DNA of 64,000 nucleotides from Euglena gracilis (GCA_039621445.1 CP154954.1:32078012-32142011); one strand, 5' to 3'. Counted from the first letter of the stretch, positions 12,001 to 25,299 are shown. A program made the numbers and translations. The notes: generated by a model not told the origin, from the sequence alone.

Positions 12001-15000
12001 TAACAAATTGTTATTTTTGTGCAAGATGAAAAGTTTTTTCCTCTCCAGCAGAAAACTGTGCACCCCGAGCAGCTCCTGAAGAAATTTCATGCAAATTGTG
12101 CCTTTTCCCATTTTTTGTGGTTTCCCATTTTTTATGGTTGACCATTTTGTTTTTTTTTGTGGTTTCTTGTTTCTTTTGCGTCGTGTTTTTCGAGGGTCCA
12201 TGTTGTGTTCCCTCTTCCCTGCACATTCGGGACGCCAGCACATGGTGTAGCACACCATGCACGCCGCACGCCATGTGTCTTTGTGCACCTGAATTTTCCA
12301 ATAAAAATTAAATTTTTTTGCATCGAACTGCTCCTCAAATGTTTGTGCAACCCACAAAGACTTGCCTGTTTGAAGCTGCACGAAGTGAGAGACCCAAAGA
12401 ACAAAGCCAAATATACTGACGGACACAGTTTTACTAGAAGCAAAGGTTCCACCTTTGGCTATTTTTATTGGAACATTTTTTTCTCTACCCAGACAAGCAT
12501 GTGTTTGCTGAATTGTACTGCTGAGCAGATTATTGCTGTATTTTGGCTGAATCATTCCGACGACGTTTTGTTGCTTTTGGAAGTTAAGAAAATATTATGA
12601 AAACCAATTTTCATCCGTAGAAAAAAAATTGGGTGACCAACGGGGATTTCAATTGCATTGATTCTGACAGTCTCAGCAAAAGCAAGCCATGAAATTACGG
12701 CGCAAATCGCTGGAGACTTTTGGCTTTGTGCAAGTCCAAACTTTTACCAGTGGATCCAGGGGGTGGATCCGCAGGCTGGCCGGGAGCTACGGCACGGATG
12801 CCCCTGGATCCTTCTTTGGGGGGGGGGGGAAATCACCCTATTCGGGGACAGGAGCAGTGGAAGGGAGAGTCGGGGGTCTAGCCAGCACTTTTTTTTTCCA
12901 GCCTGGACCCCCCTCCCCCTGGGGGCCTTTAAGCCATAATTTTTTCCACATCCATTCAAGGTGAGCCACGAGGACATTTTTGAATGAATGGGGCATCATC
13001 AACATCTTTTTGGCATTGTTCGCCAGGTTTTGCCATTTTTGGCTTGAGTGTTAACAATTTTGGGCCCTTTCCATCCATTTTTGTCGATTAAACCGGAGTT
13101 TGGGACGCCAGGTTCAGGACAGAACCGGCGTCCCCCCACAGGTTTTCCGGACGCTGGTTCTGTCCGAAAACCCGGCGTCCTGTGATGCCATTGGTTTTCT
13201 GGCGGGACCCCTCCCCCGGGTCCTTAAGAAAACCACACTTTGTGCCTTGACGGCAAAATTAAACCTTCAAAATAAGCGCTGAAATGTGTATCAAATATGC
13301 GAAGCAATGTGATAGAATTGCGGAAAACGTGTCATTTTTCAGGTGCCAGGCCATCTTTGGTCATTTCAGGCAATTTTGAGCCTCATTGCCATTCAGACCA
13401 TTTTGGGCCAGTTTTGACCACAGTCAACAGGGATCATGTCAGAAAAACTTGGGCCATTTGTGGTCTTTTTGGCCATTTCTGCTATGCAATATCCAGAATG
13501 ATTTGGTGGACGGAAAAAATACAAAGCCAAAAATGAACTGGGCCAATATTTCATTTGGGGGAGGGGAATATGCAACAAAGCACCACAAAATATGCAATGC
13601 AAAAAAATGCAAAAAGCAAATTCTTTGTATCTATCTTTAGGACTTAGACGGTACTGCTGGAGAAGGCAGAAAGTTTTCACCCCCTCCAATGAAAACTTTT
13701 ATTATGCCGGATTCTGTGTAACACAAAACAGTATCTTTTGTATATTTTGTATCTTTTGGACAATCATTTGCACTTCTATCCAACAAAGAAAACATGAAAA
13801 CACAAGCAAAGCAGTACCTTCGGCCTTGCTCGTTAGCTTTCGAAAGAAAAATGCCAAAAAGTAAAATAAAAAAAACGCCAAAAAAGGTATGTTTCATTTC
13901 ACCAAATGAAACTTAATATGAGCTTGTGGTACTGTTTTTCCTGTGCAATCTCCCAAAATTCTTTTCGAAAAAAAAGGAGGACAAAAAATAGAAAAAAATA
14001 CAAAATTTTCTTTTCGCTGTGCAAAATAAAGAGAATTATGCAAAAAATGCGAATTTTCAAAGCTTGGATGATGCAAAAAAAAGCAATTCTACAACCTGCA
14101 TATTACCCTCAGTGCCTCATTCCCTTCGTTGTTGCCCGAACTTTTGCAACATTCCGCAGATTTGCTTTCCTCTTCCCTCACTTCCAATAATGCAAATGTG
14201 GAAGCTTCCTCTCCTACCCCCCCCCCCGAATAGCGCCCCCCGAAATAGGACCCCCCCCCCCGGTTTTCGACGAACGTTCCAAATAGTAATCAGCGGGGGC
14301 TTCTATTCAGGGGGAGGGTTTTGCATAAACAAAGGCAACGAGCTGGACCATCCCCCTGGGGGGGGGGGGTCCCAGGGTCCCCCAACTGGAAAAAATCCTC
14401 TGCAGAACTAGCGCCGAGGTGGAAATTAGTTTTTCAAATATGTTTTATTTGGCTGATTTTGTCCCAAAAATGGCCAAAAATTGGCATTTCGGGCAGGTTT
14501 TGGGGTTAAAAAAAATTCGCTGTTTCGCGCCGGTCACAGGGGAAAATTTTCCTGCTAGCAGACCCCCAGGGTGAGGGTCCACTGGGATTTCCACAAAACA
14601 AATTTGGACTATAGCCCCCCGGGGGGGTACTGTGAACCCTTGAGCAGAAGCCTGGTGGGCATTATGTGGATTGGGACGTTGGTCAGCTTTTGGCTTGCGA
14701 GTGACATTTGGTTCCGGCGATCTGTGGAGCACTAGCGAGTTGTGGGGCAGCAACGAAGGTCAACCCAACCAATGCTGTCAAAAAAAGGAGCCACAACATT
14801 CACACCCCCGATTCAATCAATTGATTGGGAGCCCGTGGGGAGCAAAAAGGCCTGTTTGGGGAGGGAGCCCCCCCCCACCCACATTGCCATACAATTTTTT
14901 TTACCGAGTGGGGGGGAGGGGGTCACTTCCACTCTTCCAAAAACCAGTTACTTTTTTTGGAAACCCAGTCAGTCGCTACCCTCCCCCTCCCAGGGGGGGT

Positions 15001-16525
15001 CGGCCACTCTGAATCCAAAAGAAATTTGATCAAAAACTGGAAAAATAGGCCAAAAATTTTACAGTGCCTTTGGCGCCAGGTTAGTTTAGTGGTATTTTGC
15101 CAACCACCCCCCAAGAGGGAGGGGGTCCAGACCAAAAACCAGTCCCCACCCCGGGGGGGGGGGTCGGCCGGTGACCTGGTGATTGTATGCACACGGCATT
15201 TCGCATTTTTTATCGAGAAAAAAAATTCCGAAAAATCGCCACCATGCCCTGTATGGCGTTCACTTTGGCCCCCCTGTGGCCTTCCCCCCTCCCAGGGCAG
15301 CCTGGAAAACCCTATGGGGTGGCGTGGCCCCCCATATTCCCTCCCCATACCCCCCATGCTGGTGGGTTGGGGGAGAGACCCCTCCTCCACACCGCTTCCT
15401 GTTTTCCTGGGGGGCACCGTTGGTTGCCATTCTACCTGCCTCTTTTGAGACACAGGGCAACACCTCCCCCGCCCCTCCGGAGGGACTTCAGCTCCCGGGG
15501 CAAGGCGGGGGCCGCCCAGCGAGGTCGGGGCCGGGGCCCCGCCGGGGTCCCGCCGGGGCAGCAGGGCTGGCATGGCCAGCGACGTCCCCCCGCGGCGGCC
15601 CGGGCAAACCCCCTCCCCTTTCACCCTCAGGCTGAGTGGGGCTCCCGACAGGTGGTGGAGGGGTTGGGTTCGATGAAAGGAAGGCGGACGGGGTTTTGGT
15701 GGGGAGGGCCCCCCCCCACCATCCCCCCACCCTGGAATGGTGGGGGGTCCGGACGGGAGGGTTACGGTAGTGGGAGGGTCCGTAGGAGGAGGGTCTCGAA
15801 CCTCCTCGGATGTCCTCAAACGACATTCGAGGAGGTTCGAGGTTCGACCCTCCTCGAATGTCGTTCGAGGTTGTTCGAGGAGGGTCCTCGAAGGTTTTTA
15901 AGCCGCCCCCCTTTTGAATAAAAATGGAATGAGTGCATTCCTGCGTAAGAAAAAAATATGTTTCTTTTAAAACGCGTGGAAAATTTCCCCCTACAGGGTA
16001 CCAGCTACCAAAGAGTCGCCCAACTAGGGTTAATACACATGGGGGGACCCTCGCTCGGCGCCTTCGGTGCCTCGCTCGGGTCCCTTTTTAACCCTAGTTG
16101 GGCGACTCTTTGGGTTCGCTGTGTACCCTGTAGAGGGAAATATAGCAACGATGAGCGGGATGGTTGCAACCATTGGAGATGAAATCTTAACCCTAACCCT
16201 ATTCCTTCCAATAACCTCAGAAAATCTTCCGCTTTGGGAATATTTTTGAATAAAAATGGTTATGAATGAGTGCATTCCTGCATAAGAAAAAATATTTTCA
16301 AACCCTAAACCTGACCCTAACGCCATTCTTTCTAATAACCTCAGAAATTCTCTCGGTACAGAAATATTTTTGAATAAAAATATTTAAGAATCACTGCATT
16401 CCTGCGTAAGAAAAATATGTTTCTTTTAAATCGCGTGGAAAATTTCCCCCTACAGTCTCTCTCTGGGCCTAGGTTGCCTGAGTAGGGAGTGACGGGGGGT
16501 GGGGAAATTTGAAAAGTTCAAAGTA

Positions 16526-16780
16526 CCCCCCCCCCTAGTCGTATGACCGGGTTCCTGCAACCTGTGACCGGGGGGGGGTGGTCATAACACCCCCATAACC
16601 TGCAACCTGTGACCGGGGGGTGGTCGTAAATGAGGTGGCGGTCATAGGTAAGGTGGTGTTAAATTTTTCGCAACCTGCAACCTGTGACCGGGGGGGGTGG
16701 TCATAACACCCCCATGACCTGCAACCTGTGACCGGGGGGTGGTCATAAATGAGGGGTGGTCATACGACTAGGGGGGGGGG
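16526..16780 (+). mobile_element. TA-flanked MITE family A (Tc1/mariner-type)
   Basis: TIR C10-TAGTCGTATGACC / GGTCATACGACTA-G10; TA on both sides; internal CCTGCAACCTGTGACCGGGGGG repeats. Confidence 0.9.
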
Positions 16781-16927
16781 TACCAACCCAAACACATATC
16801 GAGAGGGAATAGGTGTCGCCTGCTTGGGTGGTCGTTTCTGAAAAGATTCCCCAAAAACAAAAAAAACAAAAAAAGAAAACACCCATAATTTGTCGAGGAC
16901 GTTGGTGTTGAAAGCTGTATGCATGTA

Positions 16928-17158
16928 CGCAGGAGGAGGGTCGAGATGTCGTTCGAGGTCCTTCGAGGAGGTTCGAGGTCCCTCCTCAAATGTCGTTCGA
17001 GGACGTTCGAGGAGGTTCGATACCCTCCTCGAATGTCGTTCGAGGTCGTTCGAGGAGGGTCCTCGAAGGTTTTTAAGCCCCCCCCCCCTGAAGGGGGAGC
17101 TTAAAAACGTTCGAGGAGGTTGGAGCTCGAACGTTGGAGATCGAACCTCCTCCTACGG
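16928..17158. mobile_element. TCGA-rich MITE with CCGTAGGAGGAGG-type termini
   Basis: TA-CGCAGGAGGAGG ... CCTCCTCCTACGG-TA; internal TTCGAGGAGG repeats; a partial copy with CCGTAGGAGGAGG begins at ~15780. Confidence 0.65.
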
Positions 17159-17554
17159 TAACCCCCCCCGGGTCCGGACCACCCCCCACCTGCCAAGGGT
17201 GGTCCAGACCATGCTTACCGACCCCAGGGGGGGAGGGTCACTTTCCACTTTCAAAAAAGCAGAAGTCACTTCAAAAACCAGTCACCCATTTCCCACTCCC
17301 TGGGGGGGGAGGGGGTGTCACTTTTGCCTCTCGGCCAAAAATGGCCAAATATCAAGGGTTTTGGTCAAAAACCCAAAAAAAATCGGCACCTTCAACACTG
17401 GGTGGGCCCTTTCAGCCAATCCTGGCCGACTCCTCCACCCCCCCCCCCCGGCTGGGTCTGATCCCGGGGGGGGCCTGGAGCCAAAAACCAGTCAGTCACT
17501 CCGAAAAAACCAGTCAGTCACCTCCCGGGGGGGGGGGGGGTCGGACGCACCTTA

Positions 17555-17808
17555 CCCCCCCCCTAGTCGTATGACCGGGTTCCTGCAACCTGTGACCGGG
17601 GGGGGGTGGTCATAACACCCCCATAACCTGCAACCTGTGACCGGGGGGTGGTCATAAACGAGGCAGCGGTTGTAGGTAAGGTGGTGTTAAATTTTTCGCA
17701 ACCTGCAACCTGTGACCGGGGGGGGGGTCATAACACCCCCATGACCTGCAACCTGTGACCGGGGGGTGGTCATAAATGAGGGGTGGTCATACGACTAGGG
17801 GGGGGGGG
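17555..17808 (+). mobile_element. TA-flanked MITE family A
   Basis: Near-identical to 16526-16780; TA flanks. Confidence 0.9.
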
Positions 17809-18741
17809 TAAGCAATGGTATGGTCCGGCGAATCCGGGGGGGGGGGGGCGGTCCGGACCGAAGCACCAAAACACCGAAGCACCGGAAGGGAAAGTTTGAC
17901 CTTATTGGGGCGTACCCCCCAAAAAAGGTCAAATTTTCCCTTCTGGTGCTTCGCACCGAAATTTTTGCATTTTTTTGATAAATTTTTGCTCAAAAAGTCC
18001 CCAAATTTGGCACTCATGGCCATAAATTTTTTTTCGGCCCAGCACGTTGCGCCAGACCGAAAATCGGTCACCTAGCCCGTGTCACTGTTAAGGTGGGGAC
18101 CCCCCTACCCTGCTGGACCAGGGGTCCAACCCCCCCCCCCCTGCACTTACTAAAGCCTGCCTCCAACCCCAACCAACACTTTTGTCCAGCCAGCCGGCCG
18201 GAGTTGGCCCCCAGGCCCGGGTATGGGTTTCAGCACGAAGCACTGGACTACTTTGGGAAATGCTGTCCGACGGCCCAATTGTTGGGAGTGTCCCGGGGTG
18301 GTCCCACGCCAGGCTTGTTGAGAAAAAAAAAAAAAAAAAAAGGTTTGGCCCATTCCAACTATTGCCAATTCCCCCATAAAGGTATCATGTCAGGGGGTAC
18401 AGAGGGTAGAGGACAGTTTCCCCGCTGGGTCCGGGTCAGAGGGAAAAAGTTGATCAATGTCGATTTTCAGTCTCTTTTGTTGCTCCTACGTTCCTTGCTA
18501 ATAACCAGCATTGACCAGCTTGCAAGGAGTCACAGTCCGTGCCGTAAATGGTACTCTTATAAACAGAGGCTTTTCAGAGCAATATACCTCTGAACTCGTC
18601 CGCAAAACACACACTTGGGCCTGTTGTTCACCAGATGCATTTTCCTTTCGTTGAGTTAAGGGCGTTGAGCATCCATGCTGTGGGGCATACATTGCAACCT
18701 TGTCAAACTGTGATCACCCAATTGAAGCATTTCTTTCTGGC

Positions 18742-19179
18742 CAGGCAACTGCTTAAGGACCACAGGGGGGTCCACTGGCCAGCCATTTTGTTACACACTG
18801 GAAAAAATGGACTAGCTGGATCCTCCTCCCCCAAGGGGGAGGGGGGGCTGGGGTCCCCCAAACAAGAAAAAAAATTCTTCCGGTGCTGCTTGCTTCCGGC
18901 TGCACGCCGAGGTAAAAAAAAGGGTTTTCAATACATTTTTTGGCTGATTTTGTTCCAAAAAAACACGAAAATGGCAAACAATGGACATCTTTCACCAGCT
19001 TTACGGGGTCTCAAAAAACTCGGCACTTCGCGCCGGCCAATGGAAAAAAATACTGGAGAAAAATCCATTAGCTTGCACTGCTAGCAGAACCCCCCAGAGT
19101 GGTCCACTAGAATTCCCACTCGCCAAATTTGGACTAGCCCCCCCCCCTCCTGGGATTGAAAGGCTTTAGAAAAAGCCTG
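18742..19179 (+). mobile_element. hAT-like MITE (CAGGC...AAAAGCCTG family)
   Basis: Termini CAGGC / GCCTG; flanks TTTCTGGC / ATTCTGGC; empty site ATTCCGGC at ~34619. Related copies at 62554-62975, ~14330-14654 and ~45730-46077. Confidence 0.8.
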
Positions 19180-20719
19180 ATTCTGGCCCATGTTGTCCTC
19201 CTTCTTCGTCATTTTACTGTCTTCGGGGGTAATGGGTCAAATGGGTATCAAAGCTACGTTGTCAAGGTGTGGGTGCTGTCAGAAAGCAGCAAAACAAGGG
19301 CCTAGGGGGGGGATAGGGAAGGAATTGCAAAGAGGAAGCAAGGCCCATCCCTCTTGGCCTCTTCAGTCTTGTTCTCTCGCAAGATACAATTATTACAGGC
19401 CACGTTCAAAGTTCCTGAGTGTTTTGAATGCTAAAGCCAAACGAAGCCATGTCCATTTTAAAACAAGAATCTATTGGTTCAAAAGAAGAGGTGGATAATT
19501 CATTTGTGCACTCTGATCGCCAGGAACCTTGGAAAAGGCCTGGTCGTTGTATCAAGGAGGTGGGTATAGGGTGGATGCAAGCGACTGGACAACTGAACAA
19601 CGACAATGCAATGTGGAATCGTGTGCTGCTTCAGCACAAAAAATTCACAAACCACATCTCACCAAACCACTCCCGGTCAATCATAAATAAATATGAGCAA
19701 TCTAAAATAACCTGACGAGGAACTTTGAAAGAATTGTTGCTTCTTCATCTCCTGCTGGTGAAAAGATTCAAAAATCCAACAAGCATTATGCAGCATGAAA
19801 TGCATGTTTCAGACAATATGTGTCCATTCAGAAAATTTATCATTGTTTGATAATGTTAAAGAAATACCCTGGGAACACATTTTTAAGTGGTCTCTGTGAG
19901 TTTCTGGTCAAATGAGATTATATTGGCAGTTCCTCCTTCTTCGTCATTTTACTGTCTTCGGGGGTTATGGGTCAAATGGGCATCAAAGCTACGTTGTCAA
20001 GGTGTGGGTGCTGTCAGAAAGCAGCAAAACAAGGGCCTAGGGGGGGATAGGGAAAGAATTGCAAAGAGGAAGCAAGGCCCATCTCTCTTGGCCTCTTGTT
20101 CTCTCGCAAGATACAATTATTACAGGCCACGTTCAAAGTTCCTGAGTGTTTTGAATGCTAAAGCCAAACGAAGCCATGTCCATTTTAAAACAAGAATCTA
20201 TTGGTTCAAAAGAAGAGGTGGATAATTCATTTGTGGATCTGATCACCAGGAACCTTGGAAAAGGCCTGGTCGTTGTATCGAGGAGGTGGGTATAGGGTGG
20301 ATGCAAGCGACGGGACAACTGAACAACGACAGTGCAAGGTGGAATCGTGTGCTGCTTCAGCACAAAAAATCACAAACCACACCTCACCAAACCACTCCCG
20401 GTCAATCATAAATAAATATGAGCAATCTAAAAATAACCTGACGAGGAACTTTGAAAGAATTGTTGCTTCTTCATCTCCTGCTGGTGAAAAGATTATGCAG
20501 CATGAAATGCATGTTTCAGACAATAAATGTCCATTCAGAAAATTTATCATTGTTTGATAATGTTAAAGAAATACCCTGGGAACACATTTTTAAGTGGTCT
20601 CTGTGAGTTTGTGGTCAAATGAGCTTCCTCTCGGGCATTTAACTTAGGCGGCTAAATAAGACCTCAGTTTATGATGCAAGCGGCAAAAGGTTTACACAGG
20701 CATAAACGGGGCCCATGGG

Positions 20720-21135
20720 CAGGGTTCGATATAAGGACAGGTGGGGGGGGGTGGTCCGGACCCCCCCCCTGTCGGCCAAGGGGGGGGGGGTGGGGTGGGA
20801 CACCCCCACCTAAACAGTTGCGCGGTCGAATTTCGGCCCGGCGCGAAGCGCCGGGCCGAAAATTTTTGACCCCCCAAAACGACCAAAACTGCCATTTTGG
20901 GCACTTTTTGGGCAAAAATGTGCCAAAAATGCAAAAAAAAATTCGGCGCAAAGCGCCAGAGGAAAAAATTGACCCTTTTGGGGGGGGGTCCCGGGAACCC
21001 CCCCGAGGGTCGGTCCGGCCCCCCCTGGCAGGTGGGGGGGGGTCCGGACACCCCCATGCGGGCCAGGAGGGGGGGGGGGTGGGGGGGGACACCCCCCCAC
21101 CTAAACCATGTACGCCCTCCTTATATCAAACCCTG
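20720..21135 (+). mobile_element. hAT-like MITE (CAGGGTTCGATATAAG family), copy 1
   Basis: TIR CAGGGTTCGATATAAGG / CCTTATATCAAACCCTG; perfect TSD CCCATGGG; absent from the paralogue at ~35430. Confidence 0.92.
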
Positions 21136-21868
21136 CCCATGGGGTGCCTGAAATCGTTGCCTTCGCTCCCTCTCCTCGAGGATCTTTTGTTCCATCAGAA
21201 AATCAGACTTTATCTCGAAATTGCAGAGGCGCTTATTACAGGTGGGTTCTCCAACCACCCAATGGGGGGGCGGTCGACCCACTCACCCCGCCGGCCCATT
21301 CACCAACGACTTTAAAAGCCAAAAAATCCAGGTGGACTGGTCCTGGCTGCAACCCCTCCCACCCAACCAACCCCAGAAGGGAAGGCGAGGTTAAATGAAG
21401 GTGTGCTTGAGATAAGTGATGCAAGGATTTGAATGTCTTGCCAGGAATTTTTATATCCTCCCAAGGATCCGGCCTGAGATGAGTTTGAGCAGGAGCGTCG
21501 GGGGCGACGTTTGGGGGACACGTTCACAGGCAGGAGGACGGTTGAAGCACAAAAAGGGAGGAGTTCAGGGTGAGGGGCAATTTCGATCCAACTTATCGGG
21601 ATGTTCCATTCAAGCAATAATGGTGATGACCCATGCGAGGTATCCACCTGGCCCAACCCTGGGGGGGGGGGGGCTCGGCCGGGACCCACCCACTCCCCCA
21701 AGGGTCACGAAACTTTTGAAAAAACTCTGGATGGCAGAGGGGGTGGGGTGTCTTCAGAGCTATATGGAGTGGCGGTGTGTCAGCGGCTGGGTGGGTGCAT
21801 CGGTTGGGGGGAGGGGAGGCCCTAAACCGGTGGAGGACAGCAGCACCCCCACCAGCCCAGCCCCCAGC

Positions 21869-23440
21869 CAAGCACCTATAGTCAAGCCCAAAAATTTCCC
21901 CATTTTAGGCCATTTTAGGCCATTTTAGGCCATTTTAGGCCATTTAAGGCCATTTTGGGCCATTTTAGGCCATTTTAAGGTATAGGTGGGGGTTCTGAAA
22001 ATCATAATTTTGCGGTCATTTTTGTCCCGAAAACTGCATAATAACGTGTGCGAACCTTCTCTTATTCAGTAATGAGAAATGCATCCAAAAAAGCATGCAA
22101 AATTCATGAACACTGGATCAAAACAATGGGAAGCTCAACAAATCTTAATTCATGCCCCATAGAGGAATTCTGAACAGTAAGAATTTGTGGCAGTGAAAAA
22201 CTTTCAGGAAAAAAACGTTGGACAAATATTAAAAGTTTTCATTCGTGCGACCAAAAAAGCGCCCAGTTTTTTGTATTTTGTGAAATCTATACCATTCTGC
22301 GGGGTTTCGCAAAAAGAAGTTTCTGACTTTTCTGGGGGAATAATTCATCTTCATTGTCTGCACGTGGCTTATATTTTTCCCATCTGGTCCAAAATCTATG
22401 TTTCCCAAAGTTTTAGGTTGTGTGTTGTGTGTGCAGCAATTTTGAGGGGTTTAACTCGAGAAGGTGGGGGAAATGAGGGTAATGAGTGGAGACCTTTTTT
22501 TTGTCGGGTATTTCACAGGCCACTATGACGTGATGATGGGAGAGCAAGTTTGCACGAGTGTCAAACTTTCCGCACAAAAAAAGCCAAAATTTTTGAAAAA
22601 AATTTTGGGCCAAGATTAAGGATCCAAGTGTGAATGGAAGGAGTAGGGGAGCCAAACTCTGGGGGGGGGGTCTATGCATACAAAGTTGGTACCTGAAGAT
22701 TGACTCCCAAACCTTAACCTCCCCCCAAATTAAGACCCCACCCACGCCACAAGACACCCCCAACCTTGGACGTCATTTGGGGATTTTCGGTCCAACGTCA
22801 AATTTGATGCTGTTGCCTGGTGAGATTCAATTTAATTTTGGCATTGTTTTAGCCATTTGGGCCTTTTTTGGCGATTGCAGAGATCAAAGGGCAAAGCTGA
22901 AAACAATTCCTCTTCTCCGTATTTGGTTTCCCCCTTGGAGAAAATTAATACTAAAAAGAAAACCCTCTGAACACGTTCATAAATAAGAGAGAATCTGGAC
23001 CGTGGATTTGGGGACTGATACTATCATTAGCTGGGATAAAAAAAGGGTCTTGCGGGGCTGTGCTCCTCCACCAAATCCACTGTTCGCCGTCCACATTGAC
23101 AAAAGACACCAAAAGCCAGTACCTGAATGGCCCCAGTTGTTCACAAAAAAAAATGTTGTGCAACAAAATTTTTCCCATTTTAGGCCATTTTAGGCCATTT
23201 TAGGCCATTTTAGGCCATTTTAGGGACCCCCACCTATAGGGGGTCAAAAAGTCATTTTAGGCCATTTTAGGCCATTTTAGGCCATTTTAGGCCATTTTAG
23301 GCATTTTAGCTATAGGTGCTTGCTAGCCAGCCAGCCAACCAGCCAGTCAGACAGACAGACAGGCATGCATACATGCACACATGCATACATAAAAAATGCC
23401 TATGAGGCCCATTTTAGGCCATTTTAGCTATAGGTGCTTG
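21869..23440 (+). mobile_element. Non-autonomous hAT-like element with (TTTTAGGCCA)n arrays, copy 2 (two right ends)
   Basis: TIR CAAGCACCTATAG / CTATAGGTGCTTG; perfect TSD CCCCCAGC (21861-21868, 23441-23448); empty site with a single CCCCCAGC in the paralogue at ~36145. Confidence 0.92.
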
Positions 23441-24197
23441 CCCCCAGCCGGCACTTAATCCCAACCTCCCACTCCTCCTCAATGCCACAGCCTTCCCCCC
23501 CCAGCTCAGTTCACCTGGTAGGAGCGGGTGACCGAGGTCCTCCTCCCTTTCATGAGAAGTGAGCCGGGGGGGGGGGGTGGACGCCATTTTTCAGTCCCCC
23601 CTCCCAACAGCATTTGAATGAATGAAGCGCGCCGTGAACACCCGAAACTCACTCTGGAAAAGGGGGCTCAGTGGAGGCATTTTTAAACAACTGAAAATGG
23701 TTTAAATCCTCGGCCCTTGGTGCGTTGCATCTGGGGTCTCATTTCTCCCACTGGAATAAACGCTCTTTTGTCCAGCATCTCAACACATGTGAATGAGTTG
23801 TCATTCGAAGGGATTGCGAAGGTTCTTTTTCTTTCCAGGTTGTAAAACCGCCAGATTCTCATTCCTGTCCAACGTCCAATGTTGGGGGGAAAGGTGTATG
23901 ACATGGTTTCAAATGTTTGTCAGGGGAACCTGGGAGATGCCACCCAATTGTGCATCTTTTTCTGAAGAAAAAAAAACGAAACATCACGTCAGAGAAACGT
24001 CCCAGTGGAGATAAATCAACCGGGTGACTTAAGCAATCGCCAAAAAAAAGAGTAAAAAAATTATTTGTGCAATTGCGCAAGCAAGTGTAAACTTCAATCA
24101 CTCGTGCTATTGTGCAAATATGTTTCAAAAGTAATCACAGTCTGCTACGTTTTTTTAATACCCAGCCCACACAAAAATCCGAAAATTCGGTTTTCTC

Positions 24198-24997
24198 CAG
24201 GGTTTACCACCGGTTCGTGCTAGGAAGCCTGAAATCCGGTTCGTGATTGTTCGTGATTGTTCGTGATTTTTCGTGATTGTTCGTGATTGTTCGTGCTTCC
24301 AAAAAACCGCCCGGTTTTCTGTTTTCCTTGGCGAAATAGGTGATTCCTCTTGTACTTTGGCTTCTTGTGCCTCTTTTAATCTAAATATTCAGGTCAATGG
24401 GGAAAGCAAATGGTCAACGAGGTCACTGCGGCTTGGCGCAAATTCTTCCCCACAGTTCAGCTCATTTCAGTTCTCACAAAATCGACAGACAAGACATATG
24501 TTGTAGCTTGATTCTCTACCATGAGCTAAAATTTGGTTCTCCCCATCTTTTGACGGCTCTGGGAATCAACAAGACTAGCGAGGCTGAACGACCGTTCCAC
24601 AATGGTGAAAGTGACAATGCCATGCAATTGTTCATCTACACCAATGAACATGTTTGTTGACAATATGACAAGTACAAAAATGGAGGACAAATCTCTATGA
24701 TGATTTCACTTCCATGACTCCACCAAACTGAAAAAGGTGACAAAAGGGGGGAAATCAAAACAAAATAGGTATGACCAGAGTCAATTTGCCACTCCTCTTC
24801 CATGATCTTTTTTCCTTGGTTGATTGAACAACACCGTCATTCTCAGAAGCAGTCATTTCTGCAAGGGTGACAAAAAAATCCGGTTCGTGATTGTTCGTGA
24901 TTGTCCGTGATTGTCCGTGATTTTGCCAAAGTCCCAAGTTCGTGCTGGTTCGTGATTGTTCGTGATTGTTCGTGGCACGAACCGGTGAAAAACCCTG
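24198..24997 (+). mobile_element. hAT-like non-autonomous element with (TTCGTGATTG)n arrays
   Basis: Imperfect TIR CAGGGTTTACCACCGGTTCGTGC / GCACGAACCGGTGAAAAACCCTG; TTTTCTC duplicated on both flanks; decamer arrays at ~24238-24297 and ~24882-24973. Confidence 0.8.
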
Positions 24998-25299
24998 TTT
25001 TCTCCCATATTTACTTTCAGAAGCCGGATGAAAATGAAAATAGATAAAAAAAATATTTTCTCAACTCAGGAAATGTGCATTTTTAACCGAATAATTTAAA
25101 ATTCTCAAAAAAAAATAAGAAGTAGGGGAAAAATAAATATAAGAACAGCTGACAGGTCAGCAGGAACAAGGGTCTGTGACTGTTTCCAACCAGGACAGAG
25201 GCAAAAAAGGGTGGACGAAAATTTCTGGGGGGGTGGAGTAGGTACTAGGCAGTCACTTGGTGTTCTCCACACCTCGGTGAAAACAAGGGCTCTTGTATC

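Larger units (their letters stand above)
19180..23710 (+). repeat. Segmental repeat paralogous to ~34620-36410, with internal ~0.7-kb tandem copy
   Basis: 19200-19910 matches 19940-20620 and 34640-35340. 20640-21868 plus 23441-23710 matches 35360-36405. An older copy lies at ~655-1150 and a partial copy at ~37940-38310. Confidence 0.92.

Noticed and set aside
14825..15921. 200-300-aa Pro/Gly-rich ORFs
   Set aside because: They span G/C-tract repeat fragments and are compositional artefacts.
16540..16760. Regularly spaced ~22-bp repeats resembling a mini-CRISPR
   Set aside because: The spacers are themselves repeated and conserved among four MITE copies bounded by TIRs and TA.
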